From NCBI GenBank assembly GCA_043747615.1, contig JAYTOU010000030.1, positions 1 through 37,270 of the forward strand: a stretch of DNA of 37,270 nt, given 5' to 3'. This document shows, in pieces, positions 21,088 to 30,667 of this stretch. A program made the position numbers and the translations under genes. This DNA is from Myxococcales bacterium. Its GTDB lineage: Bacteria; Myxococcota_A; Polyangia; Polyangiales; Polyangiaceae. Below the pieces are notes generated by a model. It had not been told where the DNA came from, ran no database searches, and saw nothing but the letters and a program-made list of their open reading frames with translations. Within the stretch, counting starts at the first letter, position 1. Every line of letters begins with the position of its first letter.

Positions 21088-22284
21088 CTAAGGAGCCTCG
21101 CTCGGCGGGTTTCGCTGCTCTTCGATCTTTTCGCGCACGACCACGAAGGTGGCGATGCCGACGAGGAGCGCGATCGCGAGGATCAGCATCACGTTGCCTT
21201 TCCATTCCTGCGCCTTCATCCTCAATGCCCCGGTGGTGAGGATCGGCTTCGGCACGTCGATACGGCTCATCCGACTCGAGGCCGAGGACAGGTCGCGGTA
21301 GCTTCCGGAAGGCACTGGGCGGTGCGAGCCGCCGAGCTTCGGGCTCCGTCCGGCCATGGCGCGGCGCACGTCCCCAAGCATCGCGTACGCGCTCTCGTAC
21401 CGCTGCCCGGCCTCGATGCTGAGTGCGTGATCGATGATTGCAGCGAGCCCCTCGCTGATCTCCGGAGCAAGGTCGCGGATGGGGCGCGCGACCGCCTTCG
21501 TGAGCTCTTCTTGGGTGCGAGCCTTGCCGCGTGGCGCACTCTTGGTAAGTGCATAATACATGCAAGCCGCAAGCGCGTAGATGTCTGCCCCCTCCCCCGT
21601 GGCGTGAGGCGGTGCCGCGCACTGCTCGGGAGCGCTGTAAGGGCCGACGCGGAGGGGGCCGATGAGATCCCCTTCCGAGATCCCGTGGGTGGCGGAGCCC
21701 GGCGGGGTCGAAAAATCGCAGAGCCGGATCGACCCGCGGGGGGTGACCAAGATATTTCGTGGAGTGACGGCGCCGTGCACAACCCCGTGAGCGTGGGCGA
21801 TCTCGAGAGCGTCGAGCACTTGCTCGGCGAGCCGCAAGACTTGCTGCTCGTTCAGACTCTCGACCTCCACCGCTTGCTCGAGCGACTTCGTGTCTTCCCA
21901 GGTACGAACGATGAATGGAGCGCCGCTGGGTTCCGTGCCGTCGCGCCGAATCTCGAGCACCCTGGGGTGACGGAAGCGGTTCGCTGCGTACGCCGAGCGG
22001 AGAAAAAGTGCCCGCGCGCGCTCGTTCTTGGCGGCGACACCGATCATCAGCTTGACTGTCGCGTGATCGCCGGCTTCGCCGTCGCCGAGGTACGCTTCGT
22101 ACGCCGCGGTGACGGGGCCGACCCCGAGGAGACGCACGAGCCGCCAGCCTTTGATTGTCGTCCCGACCTTTTTCTCGGCCAGCGCCGTGCGCTCCTCCTG
22201 CGACTCCGAGTCGAGGGGTTCGTGTGGCACGATCGCGAGGAGATTTTCGAGGCTAGGTCGATCGATGGGGACCGGTTCGCTCAT
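21088..22284 (-). CDS. Ser/Thr kinase-like protein (probable pseudokinase) with C-terminal TM
   Basis: Kinase fold (YSAPEQ, DIYAL), but catalytic loop HGAVTPRN and DFS replace HRDxKPxN and DFG. Confidence 0.85.
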   Translation of the reverse strand: MSEPVPIDRPSLENLLAIVPHEPLDSESQEERTALAEKKVGTTIKGWRLVRLLGVGPVTAAYEAYLGDGEAGDHATVKLMIGVAAKNERARALFLRSAYAANRFRHPRVLEIRRDGTEPSGAPFIVRTWEDTKSLEQAVEVESLNEQQVLRLAEQVLDALEIAHAHGVVHGAVTPRNILVTPRGSIRLCDFSTPPGSATHGISEGDLIGPLRVGPYSAPEQCAAPPHATGEGADIYALAACMYYALTKSAPRGKARTQEELTKAVARPIRDLAPEISEGLAAIIDHALSIEAGQRYESAYAMLGDVRRAMAGRSPKLGGSHRPVPSGSYRDLSSASSRMSRIDVPKPILTTGALRMKAQEWKGNVMLILAIALLVGIATFVVVREKIEEQRNPPSEAP

Positions 22285-22333
22285 CGAGGTGTCGTCCCGT
22301 TATAACGTGTTTCGGCGGCGAACGGGAACGCCT

Positions 22334-22786
22334 TTACTCCGACCCCGTCGAGCCGTAGCCGCCGGCCCCCCGCTGGGTCAGGTCGAGAAGGTCTACGAGG
22401 AAGAGATCGGCCTGGGCTACGGGCGCGATGACCATCTGGGCAATGCGATCGAGTGGAGCGATGGTGACCGCCGCCTGTCCGAGGTTGATGAGGAGGATCT
22501 TGACCTCCCCGCGGTAGTCGGAGTCGATCGTCCCGGGAGAGTTGAGGACGGTGATGCCGTGCGTCGCAGCGAGCCCCGAGCGGGGTCGGATCTGCGCTTC
22601 GAACTTGCTCGGAATCGAAAAGGCGAGGCCGGTGGGCACGAGGATCCGTTCGCCGGGCGCAATGGTCACCGGGGCCGGGAGGGCCGCGTGCATGTCCATT
22701 CCCGAGGCCCCATGCGTTTGGTAGCGCGGCAGCGGAACGTGGATGTTGCCCACCCGCGCCACGAGAATCGAGAGATCGGGGATCAC
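22334..22786 (-). CDS. dut: dUTP pyrophosphatase
   Basis: ASGMD, QIRPRSGLA, NSPGTIDSDYRGE, RIAQM, RGAGGYGSTG. True start near GTG 22786. Confidence 0.97.
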   Translation of the reverse strand: MIPDLSILVARVGNIHVPLPRYQTHGASGMDMHAALPAPVTIAPGERILVPTGLAFSIPSKFEAQIRPRSGLAATHGITVLNSPGTIDSDYRGEVKILLINLGQAAVTIAPLDRIAQMVIAPVAQADLFLVDLLDLTQRGAGGYGSTGSE

Positions 22787-22903
22787 GTCGGAGGCGTAGC
22801 TTGGGGGCGACAAGACGCCAAGGACGCGCCGCCGATGGCAACGAAACCGTAGGCCCCTCACCGATTGTCGGCCTTGTCGGTCCTCATTTGCTAGGCTTAG
22901 CTC

Positions 22904-24478
22904 GTGGAAGACGCGAGCGCGCCGTTGCGGGTCGTGGGGCGGTATGCCCTCTACGCGGAAATCGCCGCGGGAGGCATGGCGACCGTCCACTTCGGACGCT
23001 TGCTCGGCCCCGTAGGATTTTCGCGCACCGTCGCCATCAAGCGCCTGCACCCACAGTTCGCGAAGGATCCGGAGTTCGTGTCGATGTTCCTCGACGAAGC
23101 GCGCCTCGCCGCGCGTATTCGTCATCCGAACGTGGTGCCAACGCTCGACGTCGTGGCCACGAACGGAGAGCTCTTCTTGGTCATGGACTACGTCCAGGGG
23201 GAGTCGCTCTCGCGCCTCGTGCGCGGGATGCGGGATCGAAAAACCCGAATCCCGCCCCGGATCGTGGCGAGCATCATGGCGGGCGCGCTCCATGGCCTCC
23301 ATGCCGCGCACGAAGCGCGAAACGAGCGCGGGGAGCCCCTCGGCATCGTCCACCGCGACATCTCTCCGCAGAACGTGCTCGTGGGGACCGACGGCGTGGC
23401 GCGTGTGCTCGACTTCGGCGTCGCCAAGGCGGCCGGGCGGATTCAGACGACGCGCGAAGGACAGCTCAAAGGCAAGCTCGCGTACATGGCGCCCGAGCAG
23501 CTGAGTGGGAGCGTGACCCGGCAGACCGACGTCTACGCGGCGGCGATCGTTCTGTGGGAAGCCCTCACCGCAAAGAGACTTTTTGCCGGTGACAACGAAG
23601 CGGCGATCCTCGGCAAGGTGCTGACCAGCGTGGTCCAGCCGCCGAGCAAGTACATGATAGATCCCTCGCAGACGGTCGATACGGCGACGCTGAACGGCTA
23701 TGAGCTGATCGACGCCGTCACCCTCCGCGGTCTCGATCGTGATCCGGCGAAGCGCTTCGCCACGGCGCGCGAAATGGCCATCGCCCTCGAGCGCTGCATC
23801 GGCCTTGCGTCTCCGTCCGACGTAGGCGAATGGGTCGAGCTCGCGGCGAGCGACGTGCTCCATCGCCGCGCGGAAAAAATAGCGGAAATCGAGAGCACCT
23901 CGTCGGTGAGCGTCATCGCGCATTCCCGCGATCTGACGAGCGAGATGAACGACCAACGCCCGAACCGAGGCGGCGATATGGGCAAGGAGATGCCGACGCT
24001 CGACGCACCTGCGCGATCGAACCCGAAGGGCCCCGACAACTCGTCGTCGCAGCTGTCGAGTATTTCGCTCTCGCGCTCGGGCGCGAGGCCGCCGGTCGAC
24101 GCCATGCGGACCCGCCTCGGGATCGTGGTGGGTGTGCTCGCCGTCGTCGTGGCGATGCTCGCGGCCTTCGCGGGCGTGCTCATGCTGAAATCGGGAGGGC
24201 GCGAGACCGCTGCAGATCGTGCTGTTGCGGCGCGTGCACCGACGCCGCCTCCGGTATTGCCGCTCGCCGCAGTCCCCGATCCCGCGGATGCCGTCGACGC
24301 GTCTGCCGCGTCTCCCCCACTCGCGGCATCCGTAGCTGCCACGCCCGCGCAGCGGACGATCGTACGGCCGCGCACCACGCCGCCCCCAGCCGTCGCCGCC
24401 GCGAAAGCGAAGAACTGTGACCCGCCCTACACGCTCGATGCAGCGGGCCGGAAGCATTACAAGGTTGAGTGTCTCTGA
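22904..24478 (+). CDS. Membrane-anchored Ser/Thr protein kinase
   Basis: GGMATV, VAIK, HRDISPQN, DFG, YMAPEQ, TM segment, Pro/Ala linker and C-terminal CDPPYT...YKVEC. Confidence 0.95.
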   Translation: MEDASAPLRVVGRYALYAEIAAGGMATVHFGRLLGPVGFSRTVAIKRLHPQFAKDPEFVSMFLDEARLAARIRHPNVVPTLDVVATNGELFLVMDYVQGESLSRLVRGMRDRKTRIPPRIVASIMAGALHGLHAAHEARNERGEPLGIVHRDISPQNVLVGTDGVARVLDFGVAKAAGRIQTTREGQLKGKLAYMAPEQLSGSVTRQTDVYAAAIVLWEALTAKRLFAGDNEAAILGKVLTSVVQPPSKYMIDPSQTVDTATLNGYELIDAVTLRGLDRDPAKRFATAREMAIALERCIGLASPSDVGEWVELAASDVLHRRAEKIAEIESTSSVSVIAHSRDLTSEMNDQRPNRGGDMGKEMPTLDAPARSNPKGPDNSSSQLSSISLSRSGARPPVDAMRTRLGIVVGVLAVVVAMLAAFAGVLMLKSGGRETAADRAVAARAPTPPPVLPLAAVPDPADAVDASAASPPLAASVAATPAQRTIVRPRTTPPPAVAAAKAKNCDPPYTLDAAGRKHYKVECL

Positions 24479-24502
24479 TTCGCTTCTGATACGTTTGGGC
24501 GC

Positions 24503-25423
24503 ATGAGATCGCGCGCGTGGTTTTCGGTCGGAGCGTTGTCCGTCCAAGTGAGCCTGGCTCTTCTTGCCACGACCGCGCCCGCCCACGCCGACGAGAAACA
24601 AGCTTGCGTGACGGCGTCGGACGAGGCGCAGAAGCTCCGCGACGAACGGAAGCTCGTCAAATCGCGTGAGCAGCTTCTGCTCTGTGCACGGGACGCGTGT
24701 CCGAACCTGGTTCGCAAGGACTGCTCGCAGTGGCTATCCGAAGTGGAGGCCAGTCTGCCTTCCGTTACCCTCAGCGCACGAGACAGCGCAGGTCACGACT
24801 TTGCGACGGTGCACGTCACCCTCGACGGCGCGCCCCTCACCGAAACTCTCGACGGTAAAGCCATCTTCGTCGATCCCGGGCCGCACACCTTCAAGTTCGA
24901 GGTAGAGGGAAAGCCGGCCGTCGAGCAGCAGACCGTCGTGCGCGAAGGAGAGCGCAACCGCGCCGTCACCGCTCAGATCGGCGAGATCGCAGAGGCACCC
25001 GGCGTCCCCGCAACACGGACGGGCACCACGGCTCCGCGCATGGAGCCCGAGCACACGAGCACCCTCGCCGTGGACTACGCCGTCGTTGGCGTTGGCGTCC
25101 TCGCTCTCGGCGGAGCCACCTACTTCTGGCTCAGCGGGAAGAGCGCAGTGAGCGATCTTCGAAACGGTTGCGGCGTCCCGTCGGCCGGCCAGACGAGCGG
25201 CCACTGCGCGCAGAGCGACGTCGACTCCGCGAGGTCGAAGCTCCTCATCGGGGACATCGTTGCCGGCATGGGCATCATCGCCGTCGGTGTGGGCGTTTAC
25301 ATGATCATCAGCGGCTCGAGCGCACCCACGCACGCCAAGGTCGGTGCGTCGCAGCTCAACTTCAGCCCCGTGTTCACTCCCGTTCCGCGCGGCGGCGTGG
25401 CAGGTCTCGGCGCTCGGTTTTAG
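24503..25423 (+). CDS. Exported PEGA-like domain protein (myxobacterial type)
   Basis: Signal peptide, Cys-rich helical N-terminus, VTLDG...VDPGPH PEGA-like segment, hydrophobic hairpin, terminal GLGARF. Confidence 0.75.
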   Translation: MRSRAWFSVGALSVQVSLALLATTAPAHADEKQACVTASDEAQKLRDERKLVKSREQLLLCARDACPNLVRKDCSQWLSEVEASLPSVTLSARDSAGHDFATVHVTLDGAPLTETLDGKAIFVDPGPHTFKFEVEGKPAVEQQTVVREGERNRAVTAQIGEIAEAPGVPATRTGTTAPRMEPEHTSTLAVDYAVVGVGVLALGGATYFWLSGKSAVSDLRNGCGVPSAGQTSGHCAQSDVDSARSKLLIGDIVAGMGIIAVGVGVYMIISGSSAPTHAKVGASQLNFSPVFTPVPRGGVAGLGARF

Positions 25424-25476
25424 CTCACCCGAAGACGTGCTACGCGCGGTCTGATGTTTTTCATCGGACAAGCACC

Positions 25477-27030
25477 ATGAGCACCGCACGCGAGCTGGTC
25501 GTCATCGTCGACTTTGGATCGCAGTACACGCAGCTGATCGCGCGACGCATTCGCGAGCAGCACGTTTACTGCGAAATCCAGCCTTGCACGCTCTCCTTCG
25601 ACGCACTGCGCGCCATGAGCCCGAAGGCTATCGTCCTCTCCGGGGGGCCCTCCAGTGTCTATGGCGACGGGGCGCCGACGGTCGATCCGCGCGTCTTCGA
25701 ACTCGGTGTGCCCGTGCTCGGCATTTGCTACGGCCTCCAGCTCATTGCCCATCTGCTCGGCGGCAAGGTGGAGCGCGCCGAGGCGCGTGAGTACGGCGCG
25801 GCCAAGGTCATCGTCGATCGGCCGGAGGGGATCCTTCATCGCTTTCCGAAAGGCGAATCCGTCGAAGTGTGGATGTCGCACGGAGACCGAATCGCGTCGA
25901 TGCCCGCCGGCTTCGAGTCCCTCGGCACATCGGCAAACACGCCGTTTTGCGTCGTCGCCAACGCCGCGAAAAAAATCTATGGCCTTCAGTTCCATCCCGA
26001 GGTCGTTCACACCCCGCGCGGCGCCGACATCATCGGCGCGTTTCTCTTCGACGTCGCCAAGCTCTCGCCGTCGTGGACTCCGGGATCGTGGACGGAAGAG
26101 GCCATCGCGGCGGTGGCGGCGCGCGTCGGGCCTGACGAGCACGCGGTGTGCGGCCTCTCGGGCGGCGTCGATTCGTCGGTCGCGGCGATCCTCTGCCACA
26201 AGGCGATAGGCGATCGACTGACGTGCATCTTCGTCGACAATGGGGTCCTTCGCGAGGGCGAATTCGAACAGGTCGTCGCCACGTTCAAAGAAAATTTCCG
26301 ACTCAATCTCATTCCGGTCGATGCGCGCGAACGCTTTCTGTCCGCGCTCAAAGGCGTCACCGATCCCGAAAAGAAGCGAAAAGCAATTGGCGCCGTGTTC
26401 ATCGAGGTGTTCGAGGAAGAGGCTGCCAAGGTGAAGAACGCGCGCTACCTGGTGCAAGGCACGCTCTACCCGGACGTGATCGAGAGCGTCTCTTTCAAGG
26501 GGCCGAGCGCCGTCATCAAGAGCCATCACAACGTCGGCGGTCTGCCGGAGAAGATGAAGCTCAAGCTCATCGAACCGCTCCGCGAGCTCTTCAAGGACGA
26601 AGTGCGCCGCTTCGGAGAGACGCTCGGCATCCCCCACGAAATGCTCTGGAGACAGCCTTTTCCAGGGCCTGGGCTCGCCATTCGCTGCCTCGGTGAAGTC
26701 ACCGAAGCTCGCCTGAAGGTGCTGCGCGCGGCCGACGCCATCGTGAGTGACGAGCTGAAAAAGCTCTCGATGTACGACGCGATCTGGCAGAGCTTCTGCG
26801 TTCTTTTGCCGGTGCGCTCCGTGGGCGTCATGGGCGACGAACGCACGTACGAAGAGACGTGCGCCGTTCGCGCAGTGAGCTCGGTCGATGGAATGACCGC
26901 CGACTGGGTGCCCCTCCCCTACGACGCGCTCGCCACGATCTCGAATCGGATCATCAACGAGGTGCGGGGCATCAACCGCGTGGTCTACGATATTTCGTCG
27001 AAGCCGCCGGCGACCATCGAGTGGGAGTGA
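25477..27030 (+). CDS. guaA: GMP synthase (glutamine-hydrolyzing)
   Basis: [52 protein letters not shown]. Start ATG 25477. Confidence 0.99.
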   Translation: MSTARELVVIVDFGSQYTQLIARRIREQHVYCEIQPCTLSFDALRAMSPKAIVLSGGPSSVYGDGAPTVDPRVFELGVPVLGICYGLQLIAHLLGGKVERAEAREYGAAKVIVDRPEGILHRFPKGESVEVWMSHGDRIASMPAGFESLGTSANTPFCVVANAAKKIYGLQFHPEVVHTPRGADIIGAFLFDVAKLSPSWTPGSWTEEAIAAVAARVGPDEHAVCGLSGGVDSSVAAILCHKAIGDRLTCIFVDNGVLREGEFEQVVATFKENFRLNLIPVDARERFLSALKGVTDPEKKRKAIGAVFIEVFEEEAAKVKNARYLVQGTLYPDVIESVSFKGPSAVIKSHHNVGGLPEKMKLKLIEPLRELFKDEVRRFGETLGIPHEMLWRQPFPGPGLAIRCLGEVTEARLKVLRAADAIVSDELKKLSMYDAIWQSFCVLLPVRSVGVMGDERTYEETCAVRAVSSVDGMTADWVPLPYDALATISNRIINEVRGINRVVYDISSKPPATIEWE

Positions 27031-27329
27031 GGACACTCGCGCTCGCCACGTTGCTGCTCTGCGTCAGCGCGTGCGGCGGCGCGGCCGCGGAGGTCCCCGG
27101 CAAGACGGTCTCTTTTCGCCTGCGCGGGAGTCCGCCAGAGGCGACGGTGACCGTGGACGACCAGATCGTGGGCTCGCTTCGGATCGTCATGGCCCGCGGA
27201 GTTGCCCTGCCTCCGGGGCCACACAGGGTTAGCGTCGAGTCGGCCGGATACCTTCCCTGGGACAAAATCGTGGTGGCCACCGATCGACCGGTAGCGGTCA
27301 TCGTCGACCTCGTTCCTGTGCCGGATTAG
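27027..27329 (+). CDS. Small PEGA-domain lipoprotein
   Basis: GTG overlaps the guaA stop; lipobox [14 protein letters not shown]...[15 protein letters not shown]. Confidence 0.8.
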   Translation: MRTLALATLLLCVSACGGAAAEVPGKTVSFRLRGSPPEATVTVDDQIVGSLRIVMARGVALPPGPHRVSVESAGYLPWDKIVVATDRPVAVIVDLVPVPD

Positions 27330-27412
27330 AGTCCCGTCGGCATATCGCTTGCTTTTGTTGAGGATTCAGCGAAAGTGCGCGTCCCAATAGGTCGTTTTAG
27401 GAGAGTCTTTCT

Positions 27413-27568
27413 ATGTCAAATCGGGCGCTTTGGAACATGCGGAAGAAACACGAGTGGCTTGCTACGCCCCTCAAAGCGAAGCGCGTCAAGCGCTCGACCA
27501 AGCTGCGCTGCGGCTTGCAGGATGCGATCGACCGCAAAGCCGGCACCGATACGCAGACCGAGAAATAA
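27413..27568 (+). CDS. Unannotated 51-aa basic protein
   Basis: AGGAGAG SD 7 nt before ATG; MSNRALWNMRKKHEWLATPLKAKRVKRSTKLRCGLQDAIDRKAGTDTQTEK; followed by a hairpin. Confidence 0.65.
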   Translation: MSNRALWNMRKKHEWLATPLKAKRVKRSTKLRCGLQDAIDRKAGTDTQTEK

Positions 27569-27572
27569 AGCC

Positions 27573-27606
27573 GATCGAGCGCTTCGAGGCGCTCGGTCAG
27601 GTTTTG
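27573..27606 (+). terminator. Hairpin terminator between the small ORF and the convergent iaaA
   Basis: GATCGAGCGC...GCGCTCGGTC stem followed by AGGTTTTG. Confidence 0.6.
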
Positions 27607-27609
27607 CGA

Positions 27610-28551
27610 TCAGCTCCCCGATCGCACTTCGCCGAACACGCTCGACGCGGCGGCCCAGGTCATCGTTTCGGTAGAGCGTGCGAGCCCGATGCGGCCGTGT
27701 GCGTCGACGAGGATCATGCCTCCCACGCCTCCGGCGCGAGAGCGCAGCAGATCGATCGACCCGCGGGCTGCTTCCTCGGGAGTACTTCCGGCGCGCATTG
27801 CGTCGCTGGCCGACTTGGCGAGAACGACGCGCATCACGGCTTCGCCGTCGCCGGTGTTCGAGCACGCGCCGCCCGCGTCGTCGGCGTAGGTTCCGGCCCC
27901 GAGGATCGGTGAATCGCCGACGCGTCCGGGGGCTTTGTTGATCATGCCGCCGGTGCTCGTCGCCGCTGCGACGTGTCCTTTCGCGTCGCGGGCCACAGCG
28001 CCAACGGTTCCGCCAGACCATCCAAAGCTCTCCGAGGAGCCGCGCGCCATTTCCCATTTCTCGCGAGCGCGTGCGGTGATCATTTCTTCTTCGGGTGCGC
28101 GCACGAACCCGTGGGCGAGAGCGAAGGCTTCGGCCCCCGCCCCGGCGTAAAGGACGTGCCCGTTCGCGTCGAGCACCGCGCGTGCGATGGCGATCGGATG
28201 GTAGAACGAAGGGAGGACGGTGACCGCGCCTGCGCGAAGATGCTCGCCGTCCATGAGCGACGCGTCGAGCTCCAGGGTGCCCGCGCTCGTCAAGCACGCG
28301 CCCGTTCCGGCGTTGAAGCACGGATCGGATTCGAGAATCTCGACGGCGCGCTGCACGGCGTCGAGCGCGCGGCCCCCGCTCCGGAGGATCTTCGCTCCCT
28401 CCTCGGCAGCCACGCGGCATCCGTTGACGTGCTTCGGGATCGACTCGGCGCTCAACGATCCGGCGCCTCCGTGGATGGCGATCGACCACGATGCAGTCGC
28501 GCTCTCGCCCCAAGAAAACGTGATCACGGAGGTGGAGCTTCGGTCTCCCAT
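27610..28551 (-). CDS. iaaA: Isoaspartyl peptidase / L-asparaginase (Ntn hydrolase)
   Basis: IAIHGGAG, FNAG, ELDASLMDG, autocleavage G|TVGAVA, ATSTGG, GRVGDSP, TGDGE. Confidence 0.93.
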   Translation of the reverse strand: MGDRSSTSVITFSWGESATASWSIAIHGGAGSLSAESIPKHVNGCRVAAEEGAKILRSGGRALDAVQRAVEILESDPCFNAGTGACLTSAGTLELDASLMDGEHLRAGAVTVLPSFYHPIAIARAVLDANGHVLYAGAGAEAFALAHGFVRAPEEEMITARAREKWEMARGSSESFGWSGGTVGAVARDAKGHVAAATSTGGMINKAPGRVGDSPILGAGTYADDAGGACSNTGDGEAVMRVVLAKSASDAMRAGSTPEEAARGSIDLLRSRAGGVGGMILVDAHGRIGLARSTETMTWAAASSVFGEVRSGS

Positions 28552-29300
28552 GCCCAGCTACGATAGCTCCACGTCGCGAGCATGAGAAGACCAAGCGGCG
28601 GCAGAACGACGACGAACGCAGCTGCTTTTTGCGCGGCGACCGCGTGAAAAAAGAGAACGGTCAGCGGCACGAGGATGACGAGCGCAGCGATCACCCGACT
28701 GCGGATCGCGCGGCGAAGAGACGCGATGAGGAACGGTAATGCGACGCCGGCGAGCGCGATGGCCACGGCCGCCGCCCCTCTGCGCGAACGCGGTGTGATT
28801 GCTTGCGTGTTAGGGAGCGACGCAGGCTCGGCGGCCTTCTCGAACGAACCATCGCTTCCAAAACGCAGCCCTCGCCGATGATCGACGAAGCCGCCTCCCT
28901 CGAAGCGGATACCCTCCGAGTGCGCGGACGCCGATGCGCTCTCGGGATAAAATCCGGCGACGTCGACGAAGGGAACGACGGCCACGAAGAAGGAGGCAGA
29001 GACCGCGATGGCCGCGCCGCCGATGACCGCGCCGAGAGCGTTTAGCTGCGGGCTTCGTCCGAGGCCTTCGAGCGCAAGGAGCTCACCGCGCGTGCGGCGC
29101 CGGCTGAGCGCGAGCCACGTCCCGAACGCGGCGCACACCGGAGAGAACGGAAGACTTCGTCCGAGGCGCACGCCGACGCCGAGACCTCCCTCGTCCGTCG
29201 CCGCCGTCATCAGACAGACGATGAGGAACGCGAGCGCGGAGATGGTTGCCGCGCGCACCGCGGAGCGTCTGTCCCAGGAGGTCACTTCGATGCGCCGCAC
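28524..29300 (-). CDS. Hypothetical integral membrane protein
   Basis: Several TM segments. Probable start GTG 29300; the upstream part of the long ORF is antisense to the next gene. Confidence 0.65.
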   Translation of the reverse strand: MRRIEVTSWDRRSAVRAATISALAFLIVCLMTAATDEGGLGVGVRLGRSLPFSPVCAAFGTWLALSRRRTRGELLALEGLGRSPQLNALGAVIGGAAIAVSASFFVAVVPFVDVAGFYPESASASAHSEGIRFEGGGFVDHRRGLRFGSDGSFEKAAEPASLPNTQAITPRSRRGAAAVAIALAGVALPFLIASLRRAIRSRVIAALVILVPLTVLFFHAVAAQKAAAFVVVLPPLGLLMLATWSYRSWAWETEAPPP

Positions 29301-29345
29301 CGCCGCAAAATTGCCCAAAAAGCGCGAAGTTGATAGCCGGATCGT

Positions 29346-29888
29346 ATGCGCGTTCGTGCTCTTTTGCTCTGTGGCCTGGCGGCCGCCGCCGCGTGCTCGG
29401 GCAAAGATCCGTACAAGCCGGGGACGGCGCTCGGCAGTTACCACGTGCAGGCGACCCACACGGCGAACACCTGCGGTGATCAGAACGTGCCGCCTGACCC
29501 GTGGAAATTCGAAGTTAAGCTCTCCACGGATCCCGGCAGGCTCTACTGGGTGCAAGGAGGCCTGCCGGTGCAAGGCACCCTCGACGCACACGCCAACGCC
29601 GTCATGACCTCGTCGTCGTCGAGCACCATCCACGCGGCCAACCCGAAGGCCGGTCTTGGCGCGTGCTCCCTCACCCGGAGAGACACCCTCACCGCGGCGC
29701 TCGTCGAGACGACCGTGGCGACAGGCGACGGCAGCGTCGAAATAACCGTCCCGAGCTTCACGGGAACTCTCCACTACAGCTTTGCGCCAGACGAAGGCTC
29801 CGATTGTGCCGACCTGGTCGACTCGGGCGCTTTTGCGAATTTGCCGTGCGAAATAGGGTTTTCTTTGAGCGGGACCCACGCACCGTAG
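29346..29888 (+). CDS. Hypothetical lipoprotein
   Basis: MRVRALLLCGLAAAAAC lipobox, paired Cys, beta-rich. Confidence 0.75.
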   Translation: MRVRALLLCGLAAAAACSGKDPYKPGTALGSYHVQATHTANTCGDQNVPPDPWKFEVKLSTDPGRLYWVQGGLPVQGTLDAHANAVMTSSSSSTIHAANPKAGLGACSLTRRDTLTAALVETTVATGDGSVEITVPSFTGTLHYSFAPDEGSDCADLVDSGAFANLPCEIGFSLSGTHAP

Positions 29889-30077
29889 GAAACCGAAAAA
29901 AGTGATGCGCTCCGGGAAGACACTTCCGTGCGGCGTGTTAGCTTGAGGGAATGGACGTCGTGTTCGGACGCTTTTTCAGGTCCCGGGTCGGTCCGGCAGA
30001 GGGTTACCTCTGCGCACACGGCTCAACTTGGTCTGTCCAAGCTATGGAGCCTGGCAGCCACAATTGAAACGCTCTCG

Positions 30078-30093
30078 CGGCGGTTGCTTTGCA
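30078..30093 (+). promoter_or_regulatory. Possible sigma-54 (-24/-12) promoter
   Basis: CGGCGGTTGCTTTGCA has GG-N10-GC spacing with TTGCA; the -24 box is imperfect. Confidence 0.4.
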
Positions 30094-30136
30094 ATCGACC
30101 ACGGAGTGCCGGCATGTCCGGAGGAGGAAATTCGTC

Positions 30137-30181
30137 ATGCAGAGTACCTATGGCTCTAACCTAGAGGGGCCGCAAAGGTAG
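30137..30181 (+). CDS. 14-aa mini-ORF MQSTYGSNLEGPQR
   Basis: Very strong SD GGAGGAGG 9 nt upstream of ATG; ends AGG-TAG. Confidence 0.4.
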   Translation: MQSTYGSNLEGPQR

Positions 30182-30360
30182 CCGAGGGGCGTTGCGCCAG
30201 GCGTGAGCGGCGGTCTTGCCGTCGCACGGGCCAAGTGGCGTTTGACGTAGCCTCGCATGAGCGGGCCACGCGGGTCCGAAGCTCCGTCGTTCTCACGTTC
30301 GCGTGACGTCGACGAAGTGGGCAGTCGTGGTTGTAAACCCTTCAGATTGGGGCCTGTACC

Positions 30361-30406
30361 GGCGGTCCGGGTGGCGAAAGCGTCCACCCGGGCCGTTGTC
30401 TTTTTT
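30361..30406 (+). terminator. Intrinsic terminator
   Basis: GGCGGTCCGGGTGG / CCACCCGGGCCGTT stem followed by GTCTTTTTT. Confidence 0.85.
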
Positions 30407-30501
30407 GCCGTGCGCGGGGGATTCGCGTGGGTGCTGCGCTGTCGGCGGGGCGAGAACTCCTTCCCCTTCGGAGCGGGCGCGGCTACAGTTCAAGGTGTTT
30501 C

Positions 30502-30577
30502 GCGGGACTAACTCAGTTGGTAGAGTGCCAGCTTCCCAAGCTGGATGTCGCGAGTTCGAATCTCGTGTCCCGCTCCA
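30502..30577 (+). tRNA. tRNA-Gly (anticodon CCC)
   Basis: GCGGGACTAACTCAGTTGGTAGAGTG-CCAGC-TTCCCAA-GCTGG-ATGTCGCGAGTTCGAATCTCGTGTCCCGCTCCA; TACAGT -10 upstream. Confidence 0.97.
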
Positions 30578-30644
30578 AATTACGCGGCTTTATGGAACGT
30601 CGCCGAGCCTGGGCTAGCCCAGGTTTGCTCTCTATGGACACACG

Positions 30645-30667
30645 AACGGTGTGAAAAACGGTGTGAA
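30645..30667 (+). repeat. Direct repeat AACGGTGTGAA x2 (12-bp period), possible integrase arm sites
   Basis: Copies at 30645-30655 and 30657-30667, about 70 bp from the tRNA-Gly 3' end. Confidence 0.6.

Larger units (their letters stand above)
30104..30406 (+). ncRNA. Candidate structured sRNA or dual-function RNA with a 14-codon ORF
   Basis: Consecutive hairpins at 30145-30180, 30183-30255 and 30266-30330, then an intrinsic terminator. No long credible CDS. 5' end inferred from the putative sigma-54 box. Confidence 0.5.

Noticed and set aside
22787..24601. Apparent 755-aa dUTPase fusion
   Set aside because: The upstream ~600 codons are antisense to the kinase gene; only 22334-22786 is dut.
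25420..27036. 538-aa minus-strand ORF
   Set aside because: Antisense shadow of guaA.
30052..30068. TGGCAGCCACAATTGAA as a sigma-54 promoter
   Set aside because: Spacing is off by one and the -12 GC is missing; the 30079-30092 box fits better.
30160..30190. c-di-GMP-I riboswitch suggested by GGCCGCAAAG
   Set aside because: Lacks the upstream GGCAAA/GNRA P2 arm and has no downstream gene to regulate.
30257..30511. 84-aa ORF upstream of tRNA-Gly
   Set aside because: Crosses a strong terminator and the tRNA promoter, with no convincing SD or protein features.
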